DNA of 61,492 nucleotides, counting the filler, from Squatina squatina (Eukaryota): NCBI GenBank assembly GCA_031763465.1. It is 4 parts of 4 records of this genome, joined end to end, with 100 filler letters (N's around TTAATTAATTAA, not from the genome) between each part and the next. Parts side by side here need not be neighbours in the genome. Positions count along the whole stretch, not along the records: positions 46,882 to 61,492 come from JARFOE010000194.1; 3 more parts are not named here. The stretch is one strand, 5' to 3'. Positions 50,011 to 61,492 of the stretch are shown here, one piece after another; positions within the stretch are counted from its first letter, which is position 1; each line of letters begins with the position of its first letter. A program made the translations under genes and the position numbers. Below the pieces are notes generated by a model. The model was not told the DNA's origin, ran no database searches, and worked only from the letters and a program-made list of their open reading frames with translations.

Positions 50011-53000
50011 CTTTATTTATTTATTTCTCTCTTTCTTTCTCTCATTCAATCTCTCCCTAGCTTTATTCCATGTATAGTCAAGACTGACCTAGAATCCCCT
50101 GATACTGCCCAGAGATTCTACTTATACAACTGACAATGGCAATGTTTCTAATGAAAACGGTGGAATTCAGCCTACCCTATTCAGCCTTGGACATCTCTTC
50201 TCCTGCATCTTTATTGCATCTTCTGCAAGATCACGTGATCAGTTCCTATGAATAATATGGCCGCGAAATTCAGGGGATTAGCGCTGGCCGTTTAGGCTGG
50301 TTTTGATGAAAAAAGTGTCTGGCTCGCTTCCGGCGGCTGCTATTTTGGGGAGGTTGGTAGTGCTTGCTCGTGCCACATATTTAGAGGCAGATCGTGACAT
50401 CAATGAGTGTGCAACGCTGATTTGGTGCACAATCTGTCATTTTGGATGCGCCACTTCTTTTAGTGCCCTCTCCTAATCACGACCAGCTGACCATACGTCC
50501 AGCGGCAGGAAGGACCTCCCAGCAGCGCTATTTAATGGGACCATCAACAATTTACATCTTACTTACTTTTACAGTTCTACTGGCTCTGTGTAGGTTTGTG
50601 CAACTGCTTGAAGCTTTCTAGAGTTGTTTAAAGTTGGTGANNNNNNNNNNNNNNNNNNNNNNNNNNNNNNNNNNNNNNNNNNNNNNNNNNNNNNNNNNNN
50701 NNNNNNNNNNNNNNNNNNNNNNNNNNNNNNNNNNNNNNNNNNNNNNNNNNNNNNNNNNNNNNNNNNNNNNNNNNNNNNNNNNNNNNNNNNNNNNNNNNNN
50801 NNNNNNNNNNNNNNNNNNNNNNNNNNNNNNNNNNNNNNNNNNNNNNNNNNNNNNNNNNNNNNNNNNNNNNNNNNNNNNNNNNNNNNNNNNNNNNNNNNNN
50901 NNNNNNNNNNNNNNNNNNNNNNNNNNNNNNNNNNNNNNNNNNNNNNNNNNNNNNNNNNNNNNNNNNNNNNNNNNNNNNNNNNNNNNNNNNNNNNNNNNNN
51001 NNNNNNNNNNNNNNNNNNNNNNNNNNNNNNNNCAGCTAGACTGTGAATTTTATAAAATGAAAAGGTGACCAGCGCACAGGGGAAGGTCTGCTGGAACACA
51101 ATGTAGCATTGAGTGATATATTACCAGATCAATTAGGCTGCGTTCACATTCACCGACTAGGATTAATGTTTAAACTCACTGTAAACTGAAAACATCCGTC
51201 CTCTTGGGGCGCAATGTTTCATCGGAAGGTGCAATTTCAGCAGTTTCCTTGTCGGAGAGCATAAGGGAGAGCCTGGTGCGGTATGATAGAAAAGACCCAT
51301 ATCCTTTGTGGTGTACCACACTCAATTCATGCGTCAGCTTTCTTCCAGTGTTTTCTTAGAATAGAACAATTGCTTTTTTTCCCCTTCTCGTTTTTAACAC
51401 GGTATCGTGCTACAAGAATTATGGATTTCCTTCTGAGAGAACTGCAAGGGCAGATAAAGTGAAATATATGGGACGAGAACCACTTGTTATTTCCCCGCAG
51501 CTGACGATTTGGGGTTTGTTAGCAGAGCCTGGGCAATAAATTTCAGCAGTGTTTTTGCAAAAAAAGGGAGAGAGCGGCGCCTGGGACGTTTCTAATGACC
51601 GGTCCGTCAAACAGCTGGGAGAAAGTTGCAGCAGAAACAATCTGCCCGCAGACGTGATTATTTATCTAGCTTGCATGCGTCTGGGAGGTATTCTGTTTCT
51701 GCCCCGTATCTCGAAGCTGACCAGAGTTCAGTGCACAGGCGAGGAAAAAGGGGAAGCCAAACCAAAGAAACAAAACAAAGCTAGCACAAGTACAAGTGGA
51801 TTAAATATGCTGTAATACAAAAGCGAAATACTGCGGATGCTGGAATCTAGAATACAAACAAAAATTGCTGGAAAAACTCAGCAGNNNNNNNNNNNNNNNN
51901 NNNNNNNNNNNNNNNNNNNNNNNNNNNNNNNNNNNNNNNNNNNNNNNNNNNNNNNNNNNNNNNNNNNNNNNNNNNNNNNNNNNNNNNNNNNNNNNNNNNN
52001 NNNNNNNNNNNNNNNNNNNNNNNNNNNNNNNNNNNNNNNNNNNNNNNNNNNNNNNNNNNNNNNNNNNNNNNNNNNNNNNNNNNNNNNNNNNNNNNNNNNN
52101 NNNNNNNNNNNNNNNNNNNNNNNNNNNNNNNNNNNNNNNNNNNNNNNNNNNNNNNNNNNNNNNNNNNNNNNNNNNNNNNNNNNNNNNNNNNNNNNNNNNN
52201 NNNNNNNNNNNNNNNNNNNNNNNNNNNNNNNNNNNNNNNNNNNNNNNNNNNNNNNNNNNNNTTTCCTCTGGCTGTTAACAGCACTGAGGAAGCAGTTGTT
52301 GAGCGAGCCAAGGGAGCTGTTAGCAAGTTTGCACTGGGACTGTGGCCATCCGACGGAGCTGAATGATGCTGCAAGAATGCACAAATCATCCAACCACCAT
52401 GAGTCGATGGTACACAATTTCTCTCTTTAGGTACGAATTGTACAGAAAGCAGTGACATGTTCAGAAAAATTGAGCAACAGTTTAGGAGGAGAGACATCTA
52501 TGTTTGCCTCATGGAGTTTCTCATGCATTTATCATTGTGTTTCACCTAACTATAATAATTTTTTTTTCTTTAGAAAAGCAGCCTGACTCTGACAACTGTT
52601 AGTGACTCAAAGTGACATAAGCTTCTGAACGTGTTTATCGTCCTTCTGTTTCCTCACTGTCGTGGGTGACTAATTCAGTGTTTTCAAAACTACTTAACCA
52701 AAGACTCCAGTGTTTCTTCAGTCAGCCCTAAAGAGTACAAACTCTCCTCACAGAAACCATCAGACAAGCCTCATACCATATTGTGTGAAATGTTGCTCAA
52801 GATAGATGAGTTTCAGTTTTCTGTGGCGATTTTGCTTCTTCAACAATGCGTTAATTAAACTGGAGACAACTAAGCTACTTATAAAGAAATTTTTTTTAAT
52901 GCATCAGCTATAAACCCAGTAAGTACTCATCATGCAACCATGAAATAACAGCATCTTTCTTGCGTTTAGTTTTGGAGGACTATTTCTTAACATGCACTAG

Positions 53001-53029
53001 AGCGAATCATTTTAAACAGTGGCACTTAC

Positions 53030-53087
53030 CTCTCATGAAGCACTGCTGATATGAAGGAAATGACTCAAATATGCTGTTCGAAGCCAT
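53030..53087 (-). CDS. RUNX1: RUNX1 distal (P1) isoform N-terminal coding exon; full exon 53030-53131 (not in ORF track)
   Basis: tttgaaaag|GTGAGAG...caccATGGCTTCGAAC...ATGAGAG|gtaagt; 58 coding bp. Encodes MASNSIFESFPSYQQCFMR, versus recalled human RUNX1c MASDSIFESFPSYPQCFMR. Confidence 0.93.
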
Positions 53088-53310
53088 GGTGTCCCGTGAA
53101 GCCGTCCTAACTGGTTGCACAGGTCTCTCACCTTTTCAAAGGAAAACCAACAGAGTTTAAGAGTCGCACCCTCCACTGTACCGTTCATCTTTGGCAATTT
53201 CCTTTTACCTTATCACACAGCTTCTGCAGCGCTGCAAACAACACGATAAGGTACTTTTTGAGGTCTGAAATGTAAAAATAGTGGATTGGTTGTGGTTAGA
53301 TGATGCTTAC

Positions 53311-53446
53311 CACTGTACGAAATGCTTGGCAGTCTGTGGTTTAAATCAGAATGAGTTGCTGTTTGCTGACCAATATCCCGGACCCACTGTTGTGTGACTG
53401 GTCTGCACCCAACTTGTGGTTCTGTGGTTGTTTATGAGGCCCAAAG
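53311..53446 (-). promoter_or_regulatory. RUNX1: RUNX1 P1 non-coding exon 1 / 5'UTR with tandem RUNX sites
   Basis: Minus strand CTTTGGGCCTCATAAACAACCACAGAACCACAAGTTGGGT matches the recalled start of the human RUNX1c mRNA. TGTGGT at 53415, 53423 and 53335; donor cagtg|gtaagc at 53311/53310. Confidence 0.88.
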
Positions 53447-56400
53447 ACTTTCACACAACCTAAATTAAAATAAATTACTGTGTGTGCCCAGTTGGCCTTT
53501 TTATAGTCTGTGGCTATATGGGGCCAATAGGTGTAAATTTAGCGCCAGTTTTGGACCATAATCTTAAGACACGGAATTAATCTCTTAGAAAAATTCTTGG
53601 CATCACAAAAAAAAAAACCAGCACGACTGGAATTAATGACACTTAGGTTTTTTCAGCTCACTAATTGTTCGTCTGATGTAAGGAAGTGCTATCAGGTGTC
53701 AGGCCANNNNNNNNNNNNNNNNNNNNNNNNNNNNNNNNNNNNNNNNNNNNNNNNNNNNNNNNNNNNNNNNNNNNNNNNNNNNNNNNNNNNNNNNNNNNNN
53801 NNNNNNTCGTGCAAATCTCAAACAGAAATTGCTGGAGTTAGAGATGGGTTAAAGTTTGAGATGTAGAACCTGCATCAGAAATAAGTAGATTGCATGGCTG
53901 CAATTCCCGAACTCCAGTCACCTCTCACCGTGTCAAGTGTTGCTGTGTAACCGATTGTGGTTTCTTTCGACTGTATCAAAGGGGAAAAAGAACATTTTTA
54001 AAGTCTTGCATGTGTCACGTTTTCTTTTATCACCATTGCCAACACTTTCAATAGGGAATGATGTGTATCAGTTATTTTTCTTATGACTAACAGCTAATAT
54101 TCTTCTCACGGTTCTTTCTTCAGGTGTTGGTTAGTAAGGCAGTCAGTGACTGAGAGAANNNNNNNNNNTTTTTTCGTTAAAGTTTTTTGTTCCTTCCCTT
54201 ATTACAGTGATTCCCAACACACGGACCTTGGGCTTGACTTCCTGCTCCTTTAATTTTTTTTTTTCTGTGCATGCTTCTAGATTTACAGACTAACTTTGAA
54301 ACCATTGTGTCGGGCTCATAATTAAGCCGTGAGTCAGTAGGCCACAAGCATAACCACTGGTGCCAGACATGTTCAGCCGAGCTGTTTTACCACCTGTTAA
54401 CATTACTTTCTTGTGTGGGTGGAAAGACAGTGAGGTGCAGCAGGATTCACTGGAATGACATAAACATATTACAAGGAGGACTAAAGCACACTGGAGAGAA
54501 TTGTGCATTTTAACTTTGAGCTGCTGATGTGTAAGGGCTAGACATTCTATTATTGGCAGCTTACCAGTGCTGATCAAATTAAGATTTGCTTTTATTGTAC
54601 GTTTTTCCCATACAAAGAGGTTCTTTAGTTGAAAGTCTTTTTTTTACAAATCAACAGCAAAGATGCAAATTCATTCAATTATTCCGAATCACTTAGAAAA
54701 GCACTTTCTGGTCAGGAAATGCATTATTAAATGATCTGATGTAACTCTTGGAGTCAGTACCCAGCTTTATTTGATCATTTTTTCATTATACCTCTCAGTC
54801 CCTGGCACCTTGCATCTCTCATTCAGTGGAGAAGCAGTGTGGGCTACAGGCTTTCCCTCTGTCGAGGGGAGGCATTTGAAAGAGTTCCTGCAAGTAGGCC
54901 GACAGAATTATCAAAACACAACCACTGAGTCTGGCTTGGTACAAGCGCGACTCAAGGCTGGGATTCAAACTTAGGCTCTTCATAGAAGAGANNNNNNNNN
55001 NNNNNNNNNNNNNNNNNNNNNNNNNNNNNNNNNNNNNNNNNNNNNNNNNNNNNNNNNNNNNNNNNNNNNNNNNNNACTCCAAAGTGCTTACTGTTGATGT
55101 TGATCTGTATGATCTACAGTTGGTGATAAAGTAAAGCCTGCTGCAAAATAATTATTTGACACAAATCATTTCATTTTTTGGATTTATAAATGTGCCATCT
55201 CCAAATTACCATCAGTGTTCGAGGGTAGGAAGTGGCAATAGCTAGTCTGCATTCGACCGGTGGTAACTGGGAGTCAACAACTGTCTCATTTTCATCTCAT
55301 TGGTACACAATTGTTTGAGAAAAGTGAGATGGGTGCACTTTATTAATCCTATTTAATTATCAACTCACTGGTGCTTAGACTCAGTCATGTTTTGCTGTTT
55401 CTGAAATGAACGATACTTGTTCCATTCAGTCATTAGAGTGCCAACGTACAGGAAGATAAACTTTGATTTATAGAGCACCTCATTATACCTCTCAGAAAAC
55501 ACTCAAAGCACTTAAGGTACAACAAGTTACTTCATTTACTTTGAAATGCAGTCGTGGTCATGTAGACAAACAGCAAAGAGGAAATGATCACCAATGTCAT
55601 TTTTAATCCTCCACTAAATATGCAAACTTACAATGAAACAATGAGCATTATGATCAGGACCAATTTTAAAACACGCACTTACATATTTATTTCAATACTA
55701 ACTCAGCTCTTAGATGGTGCCTAGGAAATGTGACAGAGCTGCACGTGGATAAGTCTTCCTTTGATTCCCACCCCCTTGCAGCAGACATGTGCCTTACTTC
55801 TGAACTCCCTTCGCTATACAAGTGCGATTAGAAACTCATCCTCATGGACGGAAATGGAAACTGCTCCTATATGACCCTGTTAAATCCAAAACTAATGGGC
55901 ACTGATGACATTATTGGAATACTGATTTGAAGAAGTTATTGAGAAAGTCTAGCTGTATAAGGGATCACAAGGAGAAGCTAGGTGCTGCCTGGACAGGGAA
56001 AGAAAAAAAGGTGTTAATCAAAATGTAAATTATTTATTTTTATTGAACAGGCAACTAATGGTAAGATTCCCTCGTTAAAGAAAGGAAAGTAAATGGTTAC
56101 AGCAATTTTTAAAAAAGATTATTGACTGGGATTGCACCTTGAACAGCCTGTGGTTTGGCTTTCATCCCAAGCCAAGATGCTTGAAAGTACTGTACTCCTG
56201 ATGGCAGACANNNNNNNNNNNNNNNNNNNNNNNNNNNNNNNNNNNNNNNNNNNNNNNNNNNNNNNNNNNNNNNNNNNNNNNNNNNNNNNNNNNNNNNNNN
56301 NNNNNNNNNNATTTTGCTTAGTCGTTTCCCTTCATTTATCTTGCATTGCACAACTTCATACATATATAAAAAAAGTGAAGCCAGCAGCTGCAGCAAAGCA

Positions 56401-57749
56401 TCTATTTTTTTGGATTAACATCAGCCACGAACATAAAATGAACAGACAGGAAAACAGAGGGATCAAATTTCACACGAGCAAGATAGCTTTCAGAAGCGTA
56501 TGACTGCCATGGCTGTGTGACCCACCAACAACAAACTTTGAACATCAGGCTCCAGAAGCCCTTCAGCACCCCCCCACCTCCCTCCCTGCCCCCTTTCATG
56601 TCGGGGAACACGCTGTGTCAGGAAAACTATCGGTAATCAGAACCATTGCAGGCTTTCATCTCTGAGTGTTCCACACACTGCCCATCCACTCCCACCAGCT
56701 TCCACCACTTAAGCTCAGTCTTTGGGAGCAACCCTGTGCAGGGTCCTGATTTACAGGTTCGTCGGTATGTGTTTTTTTTTCCTCGGCACAAGGCCAAGGG
56801 TATAAGACCACCCTCGAGACAGCGATCTTATTGCAAAGGGTGGTCTGCAATGCAGAGCTGAAGTAATGTTATACAGTTGCTGCATTCCACCCTCTTCGAT
56901 CAGCATCCTACAGTACCTGGGCGCTGTAGAACAGACAAAAAAAGTGAAAAGTTGGATGCCAATCTTGAATCTTAAGTATAGTAAATTAAAAGTAGCCGCT
57001 GCCAGAATAAATCATATGATAATTAACAGACTCCAAAGCAAAGACTGCCCAGTCTGCAGTCATTCTGCCGGCTAANNNNNNNNNNNNNNNNNNNNNNNNN
57101 NNNNNNNNNNNNNNNNNNNNNNNNNNNNNNNNNNNNNNNNNNNNNNNNNNNNNNNNNNNNNNNNNNNNNNNNNNNCTCTTTAAATTGTACAGAATTTGTC
57201 TAAATTTCATTTTGGGGAATATAGTTAAATAATAAATCTAGGAATGCCAAAGTGTACAGACAATAAATGGCTCCACTACACTGGATAAACACAGAGGCCC
57301 AAACCTTAAGCATTTTATTGGCGTGCAGGAGACAGTTGCTGCTGAGTTCTCTCTGGGCACCTTCCATTTGGCATATAGCTGAACTTTATTGCCCGGCAGT
57401 AAAACCATTATGAAACCAGGGATGCAGATCAACGATTTTACATGGATCACATGATGTTCAACCTTTGGCTGTGATTGGTTTACAATAATATCACGTGTTA
57501 TAATAATTGCACTTTGCAGTTACAAAATATGACTGTGAGCTGTAAAATTTGGGGTTTTTAAGGAGAGTAACAACACTGGAGACAACACTTTCCCTAAACT
57601 AGTACAGAGACAACACAAATGGAATTCAAAGTGCATTGCATTTGTGGTTCACGGCCGATTGATGATTTTCCCAATCCAACCATTTCAAACTGACCTCATG
57701 AACATTGTATTGGCATCATGAGGCGGCACAAAAGAATATTGCAACAGCA

Positions 57750-58055
57750 ATGACTAGCATTTATATAGCGCCTGTAACGTAGTAAAATGTCCCAAGGTGC
57801 TTCACAGGAACACAATCAGATGAAAATTGACACCGAGCAAAGAAGGAGACATTAGGACAGGTGACCAAATGGTTGGTCAAAGAGTTAGGTTTTAAGTCGC
57901 ATCTTAAAGGAGGAGAGAGAGAAGTGGAGAGACAGAGCGGTTTGGGGAGGGAATTCTAGAGCTTAGGGCCTGGTTGAAGAACACGGACAGCAATGGTGGG
58001 ATGAAGGAAGTGGGGAATGCACAAAAAGCCACAGTTGCAGAAATACAGAGTTCTT
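57750..58055 (-). mobile_element. L2-type LINE 3' end
   Basis: gcatttatatagcgcc...cccaaggtgcttcacagg...ggtcaaagagttaggttttaag...ggagggaattctagagcttagggcc. Confidence 0.7.
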
Positions 58056-58089
58056 AAATCTGGTCAAACTAAGAGAGGATACGGAATGG

Positions 58090-58155
58090 TCTAAGATGGG
58101 TTTACGGTGTATGTATGTGAACGCACGAAGCGTAGTAAACAAGGCAAGTGAGCTG
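58090..58155 (+). mobile_element. CR1 endonuclease N-terminus fragment
   Basis: LRCMYVNARSVVNKASEL, running into a gap. Confidence 0.75.
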
Positions 58156-60168
58156 NNNNNNNNNNNNNNNNNNNNNNNNNNNNNNNNNNNNNNNNNNNNN
58201 NNNNNNNNNNNNNNNNNNNNNNNNNNNNNNNNNNNNNNNNNNNNNNNNNNNNNNNCACCGGGAGTGTCATCAACATATTTAAATTAGCTGATTAGCATTC
58301 TCAGGTGAGGCTAGTCTCTTGCTCCTAATGCATAAGCACACAGCAGTTTTGGCATTGTTCTGTCAGGACTGCATTATTGGTCCCATTGAGTTAAGGCTGA
58401 CAATAGCCCAAAAGGACTATTAGCACCTTACCGGTTGCAAAAATGATTCTTGACCTCCTTTATGTAGCAAATGCCCCACTCTGAACTTTAAGAGTTAACA
58501 AAGATATGTAGCTCACTTCATTTTCTTATAAGTTAGCAATTTAAAGCATTCGTTTGGCTTCTTTGGGTTAGGACTGTGAAAACCAAATTACAGTGCAATT
58601 GTTTAATTTATGACTGTTACTTTTTTTTATTCGACCTTTCCTATTGCCTTAATATTATTATAACTCAAGACAAGTGATGGCCGACTTGAGTTGATCTTGC
58701 TTTTTGCAACAGGCTCTGAATTAACAATCTAACAGAAATCAAACATTTAAGAGACAACAAGCGAATGACCCAAGCAGAAAAACGTTAATGTTCACCCCTC
58801 CCATGCATTAAAAATGTACAAACTATCTTGGAATACATAGTTTCGGTGGATGGAGGAAGTTTTGTTTCAGAACCAGTAAGTAGGATACAAGACTGAGGCA
58901 TCAGTTCTTGTATTTTATCAACACCAAGTAATCTTTTATTCAATAAATGGCATACAACGGAAATGGTTTATATTTTCCAAAATGAGTTCCTCTTTTCACT
59001 TTGGATATTGCATAAGAACCGCAACATATGGCCTTGGGGATGTGAGTGAAGATTCTCATGTACTAATCGTCAACGAGTGCAAATCCAAATCTGAAAACAA
59101 AGTTAACCCTAACCTAAATGTGTCCATTATCATGAAAAAGGGACTGGGTGTTTGGGCCTAGTGGGTTTTACCTGTTCCTAAAAATTCTTAGAAACAAAAT
59201 GGACTAAAATCGGCCTTTTTTGATTCAACAGCTAATTTCTCTGAAAATAAAGGCAACTTAAGTGCAACTCATCTTTTTTGTGATATTTTATGGGAAACAA
59301 GTGTGGAAACATTGATCTCAGAGTAGCAGATCAAACAGTTTGACTGGAGAGTGGCTTGTGTCTGGTAATTTAAATTAACCGGGTGAAGATCTATATTAAT
59401 TTGACACCGAGAGAAGTCTAGTACATTAATCACTCCCATGAGAAAAGCAGCAGTTCAAAATCTGCCCTGTCACCTTTTAATAGGAAGGAGGTGGTTTTTC
59501 AGTGTATACAGATGAAGGAACACTTTGTATTGAATGCATTGCCCTAAGTTTCCTCCTATCATTTTTGGACCTTTATGAGCTTATATACAAAANNNNNNNN
59601 NNAGCGCACTTTCTTAATAAGGCTGTATTCTGGGATAAACTAAAATCAGGTCACACTACGAAGAGTGTTATAGAGAGAGAGAGGGCATGTATAGTTTCTT
59701 TATTAGAAAGGCGAATCCGAGCTGCTGTTCTCCTCGCAGGGAAATCACACACTGGAAAGCAGGTCAGAGATAGAACTACAGTACTGTAGCCCTGGTTCCA
59801 CAGGCCGCACTCCCTATGAAGTAGCGTGGGATCACTGAATCACCCTTCATAAATAATGGATGATTGTAGGATAGCGGAGATGATAAGAGGCATGCTTATG
59901 TATGTTGTCACCTGTAATATGACTCGGGCAAGAGAAAGGATTTCAACAATTACCAATATTTATGAACTAAGTCGAGTTGATTAGTCTGCAGCATTGAAGG
60001 AGGCCATTTGGCCCATTGTGCCTGTGCTGACGCTTTGAAAGAGCTTTCCAATTCATCCCACTTCCCTGNNNNNNNNNNNNNNNNNNNNNNNNNNNNNNNN
60101 NNNNNNNNNNNNNNNNNNNNNNNNNNNNNNNNNNNNNNNNNNNNNNNNNNNNNNNNNNNNNNNNNNNN

Positions 60169-60826
60169 CAGACTGATTCTACATCTTGATTTTCTGAGCC
60201 AATATCCTTTCTCACCATTGTAATGATTCCATCCTTTGCTAACAACACCACCCCACCTCCTTTCCCTCTTTGCCTGTCCTTCCTAAATATCAAATACCCT
60301 TAGATATTCAGTTCCCAGCCTTGATCACCCTGCAGCCATGTCTCCATAATCGCAACTATGTCATACCCGTTTACATCTATTTGCGCTATTAATTCATCTA
60401 CCTTACTGTGAATGCTTCGTGCATTAAGATACAGTGCCTTTAGACTTGTCTTTTTGACATTTTTAATCATAGAAACATAGAATCATGTTAACTTTTTTTT
60501 GTATTATGGCCCTATTTTCTTCCCATCCTTGTTTTCTCTGCCTTCCACTTTTGCTTTCTCCTTTTCTGTCTTTCATTTCTATCCTTGTTNNNNNNNNNNA
60601 TTGTGAATGCTCCGCGCATTAAGACACGAAGCCTTAAGGGTTGTCCTTTTAACATTCTTCGTCATCTTAGCATTATTTAGCACGATGGCCCTGTTTGTTT
60701 CTCGCCCTTGATTTCTAGGCCTTCCACTTTTGCCTTTTTATTTCCTGCCTTTCATTTCTATCCTTTTTCCCCTTCCTCTGTCTCCCTGATCAGGTTCCTA
60801 TCCCCCTGCCATTCTAGTTTAAACCC
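60169..60826 (-). mobile_element. CR1 ORF2 5' region (APE endonuclease); two overlapping copies across a 10-N gap
   Basis: ALYLNARSIHSKVDELIAQIDVNGYDIVAIMETWLQGDQGWELNI*GYLIFRKDRQRGKGGGVVLL; 60407-60589 is repeated with divergence at 60602-60770. Confidence 0.88.
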
Positions 60827-61492
60827 TCAGGGTGAGATCACCTAACTCAACACGGACCTGAGGATCCAATGTAGCAGCTTCTCATCTGTGTGGTTCAGTT
60901 CCACTCTGAGTGGGGGAGTCTGTGGCGATACAATGCCATTGAGCATCTCCTTCTCCAGCTTCTTAAGCTATGTAATCATTTGACATCGTAAGTGGTATAG
61001 AAAATGAACACTATGAAAGCTGGCAAGAAGAATCAGTGCTTCAAGAGTTAATTTAAAACTAAATGACCTAGATTGTGGCTAGATTGTAGATAAACAGATT
61101 CTTATGGGAAAGTAAACAAATTGAACGTTAACATGGTATGGAGGCGAGACTTGAGACTGAGGCCACCCCGCGCCAGTGGGACTGCTGCCACTTTTCACTG
61201 AAAACAGACGAGTGAACAAATGACCACAGTGATGCCCATTCACAGCGAGACAGACCTCCAGCTCTCGGAACAAAGCATCCATTCATAGCGAGAAATCTTA
61301 TGATTGCTCCACTCCTCGGCGTAAGTGGAAGAATTTTGTCTATTTAAAGTCATTTCGAAAGGAGCTTCGGGAGGACAAAAAACACAGTAGGTGCAATTAG
61401 AATCGCGCATAAGCTGATCTTTCCTGCGATTCAAGACTTAGCTCTCTCTTTTTTCAGTAAACTTGACATTATTTTCAGTTCCCTGGTCTTTC

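Overview
This window is vertebrate genomic DNA, not prokaryotic, and is almost certainly from a cartilaginous fish. It shows GT-AG exons, abundant decayed CR1 and L2 LINE fragments with elasmobranch-type 3' tails, and DeuSINE-type and tRNA-derived SINEs. It is a composite: three artificial 100-bp spacers (N44-TTAATTAATTAA-N44) join four unrelated scaffolds, each made of short contigs separated by N gaps that usually begin or end in repeats. Block 1 (1-15809) holds isolated exons of a PRMT8/PRMT1-like gene, PKHD1L1, TSPAN9, PWP1 (2 exons) and BTBD11/ABTB3. Block 2 (15910-30057) holds GCLM, DNTTIP2 and BCAR3 (4 exons) in the same order and relative orientation as in human. Block 3 (30158-46781) holds three consecutive USH2A fibronectin-III exons. 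Block 4 (46882-61492) holds the RUNX1 distal (P1) promoter, non-coding exon 1 and the MASNS coding exon, with flanking non-coding DNA. Several real exons are missing from the ORF track, and most track ORFs are spurious or span N gaps. Gene identities come from my recall of vertebrate protein sequences, not from a database search. I see no supportable novel biological system. The best leads are RUNX1 autoregulatory motif clusters, a PKHD1L1 exon in unexpected company, a duplicated splice donor and a SINE-derived minisatellite.
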